43,863 nucleotides of DNA, from contig JAPWVK010000094.1 of NCBI GenBank assembly GCA_029241965.1, positions 1 through 43,863 of the forward strand. Reading direction: 5' to 3'. The notes beneath the pieces are model-generated. The model saw only the letters and a program-made list of their open reading frames with translations, searched no databases and was not told the DNA's origin. This DNA comes from Candidatus Methanophagales archaeon (GTDB lineage Archaea; Halobacteriota; Syntropharchaeia; Alkanophagales; Methanospirareceae). This document shows positions 8,220 to 16,809 of this stretch, piece by piece. Position numbers and translations under genes: made by a program. Each line of letters begins with the position of its first letter. Position 1 is the first letter of the stretch.

Positions 8220-8807
8220 ATGGAACAAAAAAGAAAATCGCTTTTAAAAGATGAGAAGGCGTTTACAGGTCTGGAAGCCGCAATCGTGCTCACTGCGTTC
8301 ATCGTGGTCGCTGCCGTGTTCTCATACATGGTGCTTGGTGCAGGTTTCTTCAGCACAGAGAAAGCAAAAGAAGTTGTGCATACCGGTGTAGAGCAGGCGA
8401 CTTCTTCGATGCAATTTAGCGGTGACATAATTGCAAAAGAAGGCACGACGGACACAATAGGTTATATACTTGCAACTACTACGCTTACCGCAGGAGAGAG
8501 CTCTATTGATATCGGGACGGGTTCAGCTGCTTCAAACTTAACAATCTCTTACTCAGATAGCAATATCTATAAGGCAAATGCAACTTGGAACAGAAGCTGG
8601 ATCGAAAGGAGAGATACTGACGATATGCTGGACTATGGGGAGAAGGTAGAGCTAAATATCACCATTCCAGCCGGTGCATTATTGCTTACTGCTGCTACTG
8701 CATGTGACGCTGAAATTGCAATCAACATTAAACCTGTAGCGGGTGCAGTACTGCCAATAAATAAGAGGACGCCATCGGCTATTGACTCAGTGATGGTACT
8801 AAATTAA
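8220..8807 (+). CDS. arlB: Archaellin (archaeal flagellin) with class III signal peptide
   Basis: MEQKRKSLLKDEKAFTG|LEAAIVLTAFIVVAAVFSYMVLGAGFFSTEKAKEVVHTG is the hallmark archaellin N-terminus (FTGLEAAIVLIAF...). AGGAGGTGA lies 13 nt upstream of the ATG at 8220. The track start at 8118 adds an implausible leader. Confidence 0.9.
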   Translation: MEQKRKSLLKDEKAFTGLEAAIVLTAFIVVAAVFSYMVLGAGFFSTEKAKEVVHTGVEQATSSMQFSGDIIAKEGTTDTIGYILATTTLTAGESSIDIGTGSAASNLTISYSDSNIYKANATWNRSWIERRDTDDMLDYGEKVELNITIPAGALLLTAATACDAEIAINIKPVAGAVLPINKRTPSAIDSVMVLN

Positions 8808-8865
8808 ACCAAACAGGTATTGCCAGCAATGAACATGCACTAAACCCTGAACCCGAAACGATAGG

Positions 8866-8884
8866 AGGGCTTTTTCCTTTTTTT
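8866..8884 (+). terminator. Oligo-T tract downstream of arlB (candidate partial terminator)
   Basis: gggctttttccttttttt lies about 60 nt after the arlB stop. Archaeal termination uses T-runs, and strong arlB-only transcripts with read-through are typical of archaellum operons. Confidence 0.35.
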
Positions 8885-8945
8885 GGCTCTCCGCTATTTA
8901 TTTTTTATAGAAAAGAAAAAAAAGAACGGGGGTGTGAAGAAAGAA

Positions 8946-9596
8946 ATGGAACTGAATGAGCGTATAAACGCATTGGAAGGAGAAGTGAAGCTGATAAAGA
9001 CCGAGATAAAGAAGGTGCTCATTGACCTACGTGAGTTTATGAACAACTACGAAAACCCGTTCGTTAATGCCGCGCAGTTGAGGAACGTACCTGTGCCTGA
9101 TAATGTAGGAATAAAAGAAAAAGAGGTGATGACTGAGTTACGAGAAGTGAGAATGCCCGTGGAAGCAGTAGAGCCGAAATATGAACCCAGAGTAGAGCAT
9201 GAAAAATATCAACCCGCTTCCAGTTCGAGTGAAGCGCTAAAAGCAATCGAAAGGGTGAAAGAAAAAGTCAACGGTGCGGAAAAGATGGACATCTTCACGC
9301 TCACGCAACTGATGAAATGGGGGGATAACTCGCTCGCCACTATCGGAAAAGAGAAATTAAACGCAATTATTGATTTATATGATCGTACAGGACGGCTGTC
9401 AAAAGAAATGAAGGAAGTTATTATCAAAATAGAAGATCTTTCTGACGTTAACCATGCTGATGAGATAGAGGAGATAGAGATGAAAGAAGCCATCCTTGCC
9501 ACCTATCAACTGGATAGAATTGTAACTGGAGAGACGGGAACTCAGCCACCACTATTGCTTTCTGAGGAGGAACTCGCAAAATGGTTGAACATGTAA
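8946..9596 (+). CDS. arlD: Archaellum accessory protein of the ArlC/D/E (FlaD/E-domain) family
   Basis: Sits between the archaellin and arlF. N-terminal coiled coil (MELNERINALEGEVKLIKTEIKK). The C-terminal segment DIFTLTQLMKWGDNSLATIGKEKLNAIIDLYDRTGRLSKEMKEVI resembles the FlaD/E domain. ATG at 8946 is preceded by GGGGGTG. Confidence 0.7.
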   Translation: MELNERINALEGEVKLIKTEIKKVLIDLREFMNNYENPFVNAAQLRNVPVPDNVGIKEKEVMTELREVRMPVEAVEPKYEPRVEHEKYQPASSSSEALKAIERVKEKVNGAEKMDIFTLTQLMKWGDNSLATIGKEKLNAIIDLYDRTGRLSKEMKEVIIKIEDLSDVNHADEIEEIEMKEAILATYQLDRIVTGETGTQPPLLLSEEELAKWLNM

Positions 9597-10066
9597 TTAG
9601 CGTCACGATAATAACTATTGCTTGTATAATCAGCGCAACCATGCTCGTCAATGCGATATATCCCGCCGTGAGTCGTGCTTCTTCGTCTGCTATCTCAAGC
9701 TCGGTAGAACTCGGCGAACGGATTGAAACTTCCGTTGATATAATAGCGGAAGCAAATGAAGCTTCGTATGAGTACGTATGGGTAAAAAATATAGGCGTAT
9801 CACAACTCGCGGCATCGCAAATAGAGAATTCCGATATTTTCTTCGGTGAAATAGGAAACTTTCAACGAATATCTTATAATGCCACCCTCTCTTCCGCTCC
9901 ATGCTGGAAGTATTCCATTGAGAACGATAATGGAAACAATAGGTGGGATACAGGCGAAACCGTCAACATAACAATAAACGCCGGTAGTGAAATCACCGCA
10001 GGGGACTATTACGTAAAAATCGTGCTTTATAATGCTGTCTCTGATGATGACACGTTCTCTATCTAA
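9581..10066 (+). CDS. arlF: Archaellum stator/S-layer-binding protein ArlF (FlaF)
   Basis: Operon position. N-terminal TM helix (VISVTIITIACIISATMLVNAIYPAV) followed by a beta-rich archaellin-like domain. Overlaps the upstream gene by 16 nt. Confidence 0.75.
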   Translation: MVEHVISVTIITIACIISATMLVNAIYPAVSRASSSAISSSVELGERIETSVDIIAEANEASYEYVWVKNIGVSQLAASQIENSDIFFGEIGNFQRISYNATLSSAPCWKYSIENDNGNNRWDTGETVNITINAGSEITAGDYYVKIVLYNAVSDDDTFSI

Positions 10067-10204
10067 ATACCATGAGATTAACAAATGACGATGCAAGATG
10101 CAGGATACACTGAAAGGGAAAAAGCACAAAAATGTCTCTTTGGTCAAGTTTCCTTTTCCAAAGAAAAGTGGTGTGTAATCTATGGTCATTAAGGAGGAAT
10201 AAAA

Positions 10205-10741
10205 ATGGGCTTCGGAACTATCTTCGCTACGATCGCGATGGTTGTAATAATTGGGTTCACATCCTATTTCGTAATTACCGGCGCTCTGTTCAGCATTGAT
10301 ACCCTGTCCGACTCGCTAAAAGCAGCGAGTAAAATAGATAATGAACGGCTAAAAACAGAAATAGAAATAGTCCATGTCAGTTTAAGCGGGGTTGGACAAA
10401 ATAAACCAAACATTAACGCAACCGTTAATAACACAGGACATACAAGCATCAGGGAATTTGAGCACATGGACGTTATTGTTTACTACTATTCTCCTGGGGG
10501 CCCTGAAGGAACACTCCAGATACAATGGATACCCTATACAACGGAAAATCCACCGGGAACGAATGAATGGACGGTTACCAGCATATCTCCCGATTTCATC
10601 AACCCGAGAATATTCGATGCTGATGAAAGTATGACTTTGTGGATCAAGGTAGACCCAGTAATTTGGAGTCTAAGCGAAAGAAATTGGCTCCAAATAACAA
10701 CTCCTAATGGCGTTTCTGATTCTAAATATTTTTCAACTTAA
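10205..10741 (+). CDS. arlG: Archaellum protein ArlG (FlaG)
   Basis: Operon position after arlF. N-terminal TM helix (FATIAMVVIIGFTSYFVITGALF) plus a beta-rich domain. AAGGAGG lies 7 nt upstream of the ATG. Confidence 0.75.
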   Translation: MGFGTIFATIAMVVIIGFTSYFVITGALFSIDTLSDSLKAASKIDNERLKTEIEIVHVSLSGVGQNKPNINATVNNTGHTSIREFEHMDVIVYYYSPGGPEGTLQIQWIPYTTENPPGTNEWTVTSISPDFINPRIFDADESMTLWIKVDPVIWSLSERNWLQITTPNGVSDSKYFST

Positions 10742-10847
10742 GATACATATTTTAAACTCATTTGTCAATAAAATTACAAACAATTGCAAAAATAAATAGA
10801 CATAACGAAATCCTTTTTACCTCTCAATTTGAACTTATAGTTAGGAT

Positions 10848-11612
10848 GTGAAGAAGAAAAAAATGGGTGAAGAAGTGGATATAGATGAAGAAGAGATAAG
10901 AATTACTTCTCCTTACGAGCAGAAAGGTGTACTTACCTCAGGAAACATAGAAATGGACAAGAAGATGGGCGGTGGGATACCAGCAGGCTCGCTTACCATT
11001 ATCGAAGGTCCGAATGACTGTGGTAAAAGTGTTGTAACTCAACAGATTATGTGGGGTGGATTGCAACAGGGCTTCACCATTACATCCTATACTACGGAGA
11101 ACACCATAAAAAGCTTATTGAAACAAATGGATAGTTTATCTTTAGACATTTCCGAGTATTTCGTGCTTGGACACCTGAAAATTTTCCCTATTCGTTTAAA
11201 GGGAACAGAATGGGTTGCCGAGATTCCGTATTTGAAATATATTATTAATGACATGGAGAGGAAGCAGGATGACATAATAATCATAGATTCCCTTACTGTA
11301 TTCGTCTCTCATGCTTCAGAAAATGACATCCTCGATTTCTTTACGTCCTGTAAAAACCTGTGTGACTACGGAAAAACTATTCTGCTAACGGTTCACGATT
11401 ACGCATTCGGAGAGGAGATGCTCACTCGAGTCCGATCTATATGCGATGCCCACATCTCAATAAGAATGGAAGAAGTGGGCGATAAATTGATAAAAACCAT
11501 GGAGGTAGCAAAAATAAGGGGTGCACAGCGAACCACTGGTAACATAATATCCTTTGATGTTGAACCCCAATTTGGGTTACGAATAATTCCAGTTGCAAAG
11601 GCAAAAGCGTAA
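10848..11612 (+). CDS. arlH: Archaellum KaiC/RecA-like ATP-binding protein ArlH (FlaH)
   Basis: LDKKMGGGIPAGSLTIIEGPNDCGKSVVTQQ (Walker A) and IIIIDSLT (Walker B-like) are typical of FlaH, and the gene lies directly upstream of arlI. Alternative ATG start at 10863. Confidence 0.85.
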   Translation: MKKKKMGEEVDIDEEEIRITSPYEQKGVLTSGNIEMDKKMGGGIPAGSLTIIEGPNDCGKSVVTQQIMWGGLQQGFTITSYTTENTIKSLLKQMDSLSLDISEYFVLGHLKIFPIRLKGTEWVAEIPYLKYIINDMERKQDDIIIIDSLTVFVSHASENDILDFFTSCKNLCDYGKTILLTVHDYAFGEEMLTRVRSICDAHISIRMEEVGDKLIKTMEVAKIRGAQRTTGNIISFDVEPQFGLRIIPVAKAKA

Positions 11613-11621
11613 AAAAATAAA

Positions 11622-13424
11622 ATGCCAAATATAGAACTCCCTTTTGAGGTACCGGAAATAGAAGAGCACGCAAGTTCTGATTTACAGCAGTGTAGCTTAT
11701 ATCGTCTTTTGCCAAAAGAGGGTAAGGAATATGTAGAGAAAAACGGGCACGTTCTTCAGTATATGCACATGATACCCATAGAAAAAATAGGCACGCCGAA
11801 ATTTTACTCTGAACTCACGAAGAAGATGAAAAAATTGAAGAATCCAAACCTGATTTATCCCGTGAGTGAACTTATTGCGGTGCATATATGCCCAGATAGA
11901 GAAGGTTCCCGTGACTTTTATATCCCTATTGAGCCAGTGCTCGAGAAGAACTATGACATTTTGGTAGAAGAAGTAGAAGCGCGGATAGTAACGCTTGTAG
12001 ACCAATTTGAAGAGCCAAAGAATGATGAGGAAAAGCGTGCTATACTTGAAAAATGCGTTGATATGGTTTGTGAGACAAATGGGGGGGGTAATGGGAATAA
12101 ATTGAAGGGTAATAATGGTAATGCTAACAAAGGTAATGGTAACATTAGAGGGTTAAGAACTCTTTTTCTTAAATTACAATCAGGGAACAATCACAAACAG
12201 AAACTGAAGGTCACCCCTTACGAACTTAATGCGATAAAATACCTTATGCTGCGTGACAAAGTAGGGTTGGGCATTTTAGAGCCGTTCCTCCATGACCCCT
12301 ATATCGAAGATATTTCCTGCTCCGGTGTGGGCAATATTTTTTTAGAGCATAAGATATTTGAAGCATTGGTGTCACCGATAAGCTTTAATAGCAAAGGGGA
12401 TTTGGACGCATTCGTCATAAAACTTTCTGAGAAGATTGGAAAGCCTGTTTCTTACCGCAGTCCTATCGTGGATGCCGTGTTACCAGATGGCTCAAGGATA
12501 AACATCGTATTTGGAGAAGATATATCGAAGAAAGGCTCCAACTTCACGATAAGGAAATTCAGCGAAATTCCGCTCAGCGTGCTTCAACTCGTCGAGTTCG
12601 GCACTTTCGATTACGTAATGGCCGCTTATTTCTGGATTATGCTTCATGAAGGCATGAACTGTTTCATTGCAGGTGAGACGGCATCGGGGAAAACGACCAC
12701 GATGAATGCGCTAACTACTTTCCTACCTGCGAATGCGAAAATCGTGAGTATTGAAGACACTCCCGAACTTCAGGTTCCACATACAAACTGGCTAAGAGAG
12801 GTTACTAGAGGTGGACTAGAAAAGAAGGGTGAAGACGCAAGTGCGGGAGTAGGTATGTTTGACCTTCTGAAGGCTGCTTTACGGCAACGTCCAGATGAGA
12901 TAATCATAGGAGAGATAAGAGGTGAAGAGGGCAAAATAGCGTTTCAGTCAATGCAGACAGGGCATAGCGTGATGAGCACATTCCACGCGGCATCGGTTGA
13001 GAAACTAATACAAAGGTTAACTGGCGACCCCATAAACGTCCCAAAGTCGTATATGGACATCCTGAACCTGGTGATCATACAAAATGCGGTGCGAGGCAAA
13101 GACGGTAAACTGCTGAGAAGGGTAACGAGCGTGAATGAAATAATAGGATATGACCCTGTATCCAATTCTTTCTCTTTCGTTGAAGTTTTCAAATGGAATC
13201 CTGCGACTGACTCTTTCAACTTTACAGGGAATATGAATTCATATCTATTGGAGCAAAAAATAGCGGTGATAAAGAGAATTCCAGAGAATAAGAGGCGTGA
13301 AATATATAAGGAATTGGAGAAAAGAGCACGAATGCTACAAACAATTCATAAATCCGGTGTTACCAACTTCTACGACTTATTCCAGAGTTTAGCAATGATA
13401 GAAAAAGAGGGTCTTGTGATATAG
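11622..13424 (+). CDS. arlI: Archaellum motor ATPase ArlI (FlaI), carrying a Gly/Asn-rich insertion
   Basis: Walker A IAGETASGKTTTMNAL. Motifs IVSIEDTPEL, LRQRPDEIIIGEIRGEEG, TGHSVMSTFHA and DPYIEDISCSG. Located between arlH and arlJ. Confidence 0.93.
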   Translation: MPNIELPFEVPEIEEHASSDLQQCSLYRLLPKEGKEYVEKNGHVLQYMHMIPIEKIGTPKFYSELTKKMKKLKNPNLIYPVSELIAVHICPDREGSRDFYIPIEPVLEKNYDILVEEVEARIVTLVDQFEEPKNDEEKRAILEKCVDMVCETNGGGNGNKLKGNNGNANKGNGNIRGLRTLFLKLQSGNNHKQKLKVTPYELNAIKYLMLRDKVGLGILEPFLHDPYIEDISCSGVGNIFLEHKIFEALVSPISFNSKGDLDAFVIKLSEKIGKPVSYRSPIVDAVLPDGSRINIVFGEDISKKGSNFTIRKFSEIPLSVLQLVEFGTFDYVMAAYFWIMLHEGMNCFIAGETASGKTTTMNALTTFLPANAKIVSIEDTPELQVPHTNWLREVTRGGLEKKGEDASAGVGMFDLLKAALRQRPDEIIIGEIRGEEGKIAFQSMQTGHSVMSTFHAASVEKLIQRLTGDPINVPKSYMDILNLVIIQNAVRGKDGKLLRRVTSVNEIIGYDPVSNSFSFVEVFKWNPATDSFNFTGNMNSYLLEQKIAVIKRIPENKRREIYKELEKRARMLQTIHKSGVTNFYDLFQSLAMIEKEGLVI

Positions 13425-13469
13425 TGTAAAATGCAAAATGCAAATTGAAGTAAAAAGGTAAGACAGAAG

Positions 13470-14969
13470 ATGAAAATCAAAATGGGTATTGGAGAGCAGA
13501 TAAAAGAAGACCAGGCAGTGGCTCTTGACCTCCTTGAGATGCTTACCTATACGTCATCCATCGCGACCGCTAATATAGGTCGGGATAAGATCTTTGAACT
13601 TGCCTCTCAACAAGACGGAATCACCGCAAAACATATGAAGAAAATTTATCTGCTGGTGAAAAACTACGGATACGAATACACGAAGGCGTGCAAGATAGTT
13701 GCGAATGAAGCGCATCATCCTGCGCTAAAATCATTCCTTATGCGGTTATCCAGTGCATTAGCGACGGGAGAGGATGAATCGAAATTCTTACGCGGCGAGG
13801 CAGATAGAATGGTAGAGGTGTATACAAACAAATATGAGAGCGATGTAGATTCCTTGCAGAAGTGGACAGATGCGTATTCTGCAATACTCGTTTCTGTAAC
13901 GCTGGTCATTGCTGTTTTCCTTATAAGCACCATGCTATACTCGATGGGCGGCCTATACTCTACGTCTATTTTATCTGGCATTTTACTTTGCTTCATTGCT
14001 TTTATCGGCGTCTATGCGCTATACCGAGCTGCGCCGTATGAGGAGATAGTGCATTCGCTGGCGGTAAAATCAAAGGAGCAGGAGATGGCGAAAAGGCTGA
14101 GCATATTTATTTTACCCGCGGGTTGTATTACCGCTTTTATCTTGTTGATAGCAGGGGTGGAACCCTGGATAATATTTCTTACCATTTCTATTTTTTTTGC
14201 TCCGATAGGTATTATTGGGATGAGAGACAGTAAGAAAATAGAGAAAGCAGATGAAGACATCTCGTCGTTTTTAAAGAGTCTCGGCACTACTGCTGGAACC
14301 ACACAATCTACGCTTACAACTGCGTTAGAACGAATGGATAGAAAATCCGTGGCGTCCTTAGAAGAGCACGTGAACAGACTGCATAAGAGATTGCAGAATG
14401 GAGTGAATCCGACAATATGCTGGTATAATTTTGTTGGGGAGACGGGCTCAGAACTAATAAATAAATCTACACGCGTATTCATAGATGCAATAACACTTGG
14501 AGGAGACCCGGCAAAGATAGGTGAAATCGTTTCTAAATCGTCATTGGGAATATCATTATTAAGAATAAAACGGAAGTTTGTATCGGCAGGGTTCATGAAT
14601 CTTACAATACCATTGCACGGAGCGATGAGCGGCGTTCTTATGTTCATTTATGGGATAATGTTTTCATTTAGCAATGCCGTAGGGGTGATGATGGCAGAGC
14701 ATTCCACAGAGGTAGAAGGAGCGGCATCTACTGGTATGACGGGAGGTATGGCGATCAATATCGGAGGTTCCACGGACCTCGCGTTCATCGCGTATTTCGT
14801 GACTTTCATTATCTTCGTGCTGACGATTGCCAGTGCGTTTGCATCTAAATGCGCAGCCGGAGGTAGCAATTACACGCTATGCTACTACCTCTCGGTTATG
14901 TTCTTCGTTTCCGCAGTCGTCACCTTAGTCGTGCCGATATTGGCGGATAAATTATTTACCCTGGAATAG
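13470..14969 (+). CDS. arlJ: Archaellum polytopic membrane platform protein ArlJ (FlaJ)
   Basis: 499 aa with multiple TM helices and two cytoplasmic T2SSF-like repeats. Last core gene of the arl operon. Confidence 0.88.
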   Translation: MKIKMGIGEQIKEDQAVALDLLEMLTYTSSIATANIGRDKIFELASQQDGITAKHMKKIYLLVKNYGYEYTKACKIVANEAHHPALKSFLMRLSSALATGEDESKFLRGEADRMVEVYTNKYESDVDSLQKWTDAYSAILVSVTLVIAVFLISTMLYSMGGLYSTSILSGILLCFIAFIGVYALYRAAPYEEIVHSLAVKSKEQEMAKRLSIFILPAGCITAFILLIAGVEPWIIFLTISIFFAPIGIIGMRDSKKIEKADEDISSFLKSLGTTAGTTQSTLTTALERMDRKSVASLEEHVNRLHKRLQNGVNPTICWYNFVGETGSELINKSTRVFIDAITLGGDPAKIGEIVSKSSLGISLLRIKRKFVSAGFMNLTIPLHGAMSGVLMFIYGIMFSFSNAVGVMMAEHSTEVEGAASTGMTGGMAINIGGSTDLAFIAYFVTFIIFVLTIASAFASKCAAGGSNYTLCYYLSVMFFVSAVVTLVVPILADKLFTLE

Positions 14970-15026
14970 CGAAGCTTTGTGATCAACTTTTCCTGAATGT
15001 TGATAGGGGGTGAAAAGGCAAAAAAA

Positions 15027-15449
15027 ATGGGCTTGTTGGATAAATTGTTCGGAAGAAGAAAGAAGGAAGAGGCTAAAGTGCTAAAAGCGTTGGAAAAAAT
15101 AGATAAGGCGAAGACAGAGGAGAATGACCTTGAAGGATTAGAGAATGTTGATGATTTAGAAAAACAGTGGTTGCAGAGAAGAAGTGGAAATGGTGGTGCG
15201 GAACCGAAGGAAGATGGACAAGGACAGGGAGAATTGGCAGAGGAAGAAGATGAGGAGGGGGAAGAAAAAGAAGAGTTTAGTGACGATGACCTGATTGCGA
15301 GTTTAAAGGAGAATGAAGAGAAGGAAGAGCTGGAAGAGATGGACCTCGTGATAAAGACAGTGATGGAAGAAATGGGGAATGTGCGTGCAAAGGAGATATT
15401 AGAGTTGGGAAGAGAAGTTTTTAATGATATGAGGAGAGGTAGCAAATAG
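15027..15449 (+). CDS. Highly acidic, coiled-coil/disordered hypothetical protein with an amphipathic basic N-terminus
   Basis: MGLLDKLFGRRKKEE is followed by long E/D-rich stretches (ELAEEEDEEGEEKEEFSDDD). AGGGGGTGA lies 13 nt upstream of the ATG at 15027. Same strand as arlJ and 57 nt after it. I recognise no family. Confidence 0.5.
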   Translation: MGLLDKLFGRRKKEEAKVLKALEKIDKAKTEENDLEGLENVDDLEKQWLQRRSGNGGAEPKEDGQGQGELAEEEDEEGEEKEEFSDDDLIASLKENEEKEELEEMDLVIKTVMEEMGNVRAKEILELGREVFNDMRRGSK

Positions 15450-15470
15450 TAATGTAAAGCAAGAGAAAAT

Positions 15471-16313
15471 ATGACAAAACAATCAAATGAGATAAGGATA
15501 TTGCACGTGGAAGATGATGCCGGGGATGCTAAGTTAACCAAATTGTTTCTGAAGAAGAAGGGGTATGATAATTTCAAAATCACGCCAGTGTTATCAGCCG
15601 AGCAGGGATTGGAAATGCTTGGAAAGGAACAATTTGATGTCGTTATTTCCGATTACGTAATGCCGGGCATGAACGGCATGGAATTTCTGGAAGTGCTGAG
15701 GCGGAAAGGAAACAATACCCCTTTTATTATATTCACCGGAAGGGGAGAAGAGGCAGTAGCGATGGAAGCGATAAATAAAGGTGCGAACAGATACGTAAAG
15801 AAGGATGAAAAGCCTTCTGTTCTTTTTGATACGCTGGCGGGGTATATTCAGGAGTTAGTGGAAGAAAAAGAAAGGGCAGAAGAAAACGCGAGGAGACTAA
15901 AACAGTTGGAGGAGATGAACAAGCGATTACAGGGTGTTTCAAACTCACTGGCAGTGGAAATGGAACGAAGGGGTAAAAAAACATACATTGATACCTATTC
16001 GTTTCTTACTGAGTATCTGGACTTTATCATATTGGGGGTGCTCCTGGATAAGAATGAGCCAATAAGTGAAAGTGAGATATTAGAGGAACTACAGCGTAAA
16101 TTCGGCCTTATGATCAATCCGGATAGTTTGGGCAACCTTTTGAATGAGTTAGAAGAGAAAGGCATATTAGAGCGAGCTTTTTTAAAGGAGAGGAACTCTT
16201 TTGTGTTCAAGCTTGAAGAAGGAATGGAGGGTTTGCTGCGTGGACCAACGTTCTCAAGAGAGATGCTAACCAGATTTTTGAGTTTGACGGAGGGTTTTAA
16301 AAAGAATGGGTAG
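15471..16313 (+). CDS. Response regulator: N-terminal REC domain fused to a C-terminal PadR/MarR-like winged-helix domain
   Basis: REC signature IRILHVEDD...DVVISDYVMPGMNGMEFL...PFIIFTGRGEE...KGANRYVKK. After a coiled linker comes LDFIILGVLLDKNEPISESEILEELQRKFGLMINPDSLGNLLNELEEKGILER, which has a wHTH pattern. Confidence 0.8.
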   Translation: MTKQSNEIRILHVEDDAGDAKLTKLFLKKKGYDNFKITPVLSAEQGLEMLGKEQFDVVISDYVMPGMNGMEFLEVLRRKGNNTPFIIFTGRGEEAVAMEAINKGANRYVKKDEKPSVLFDTLAGYIQELVEEKERAEENARRLKQLEEMNKRLQGVSNSLAVEMERRGKKTYIDTYSFLTEYLDFIILGVLLDKNEPISESEILEELQRKFGLMINPDSLGNLLNELEEKGILERAFLKERNSFVFKLEEGMEGLLRGPTFSREMLTRFLSLTEGFKKNG

Positions 16314-16698
16314 AGACGGGGGGGTGGAATATGGGATATTGAAAATGGTTCAGTTGCTGCAACCTCCGACCTGGGTCCCTATGAGCAGTGGGGGCATAAC
16401 TGCCAAAGCATTACCTACCGCAGGAACGATAGCAGGAATGTTAAAAATAGAAAGCGAGCAGGTTATGCGAGTTTTACGTAATTATGAAAAGAAGGGATAT
16501 GTAACAACACGGAAGATAATAGCGGCAGAAATCGCAGAGCCCCGTTATGCCACGAAAAGGGGTAAAAATGTGGAACACAATAGAGATTGCCGTGTGGCTG
16601 TGTATGCTATTACTACCAGAGGAAGAGAAAAGTTGAAATTCCTTGGCACAAATAGAGACGCATTCAGCCGGATCTGGCTGAGCAAATGGGTGCATTGA
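16306..16698 (+). CDS. Small winged-helix (MarR/PadR-like) DNA-binding protein
   Basis: GTIAGMLKIESEQVMRVLRNYEKKGYVTTRKI...AVYAITTRGREKL fits an HTH plus wing. Its ATG overlaps the stop of the upstream REC-wHTH gene by 8 nt (ATGGGTAG). Confidence 0.55.
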   Translation: MGRDGGVEYGILKMVQLLQPPTWVPMSSGGITAKALPTAGTIAGMLKIESEQVMRVLRNYEKKGYVTTRKIIAAEIAEPRYATKRGKNVEHNRDCRVAVYAITTRGREKLKFLGTNRDAFSRIWLSKWVH

Positions 16699-16809
16699 GG
16701 AATAGCGAATAAAGCGTGAGTACGAAAACTCGGCTTCAAATATTGGCTCAATGACATTCTGCAAGAGAAGTTTTATCAACACTTGGTTCTTTGATCAAAC
16801 TTCCATTGT

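Noticed and set aside
8030-8455. 141-aa minus-strand ORF overlapping the arlB start
   Set aside because: It is antisense to the archaellin signal peptide and N-terminal region, and its sequence is not protein-like.
10067-10204. 138-nt gap between arlF and arlG containing aaATGACGA...CTGA, reminiscent of C/D box sRNA elements
   Set aside because: The boxes are imperfect and only about 29 nt apart, with no C'/D' pair or terminal stem. This is more likely just an intergenic spacer carrying the arlG SD.
14012-14647. 211-aa minus-strand ORF inside arlJ
   Set aside because: It is antisense to a well-supported polytopic arlJ CDS, and it has no motifs and no SD or start context.
14885-15583. 232-aa minus-strand ORF, extremely Ser-rich, spanning the arlJ end, the acidic protein gene and the REC gene start
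   Set aside because: It is the reverse-complement reading of GAA/GAG-rich (Glu) codons, which gives poly-Ser/Phe low complexity. It overlaps three better-supported plus-strand genes.
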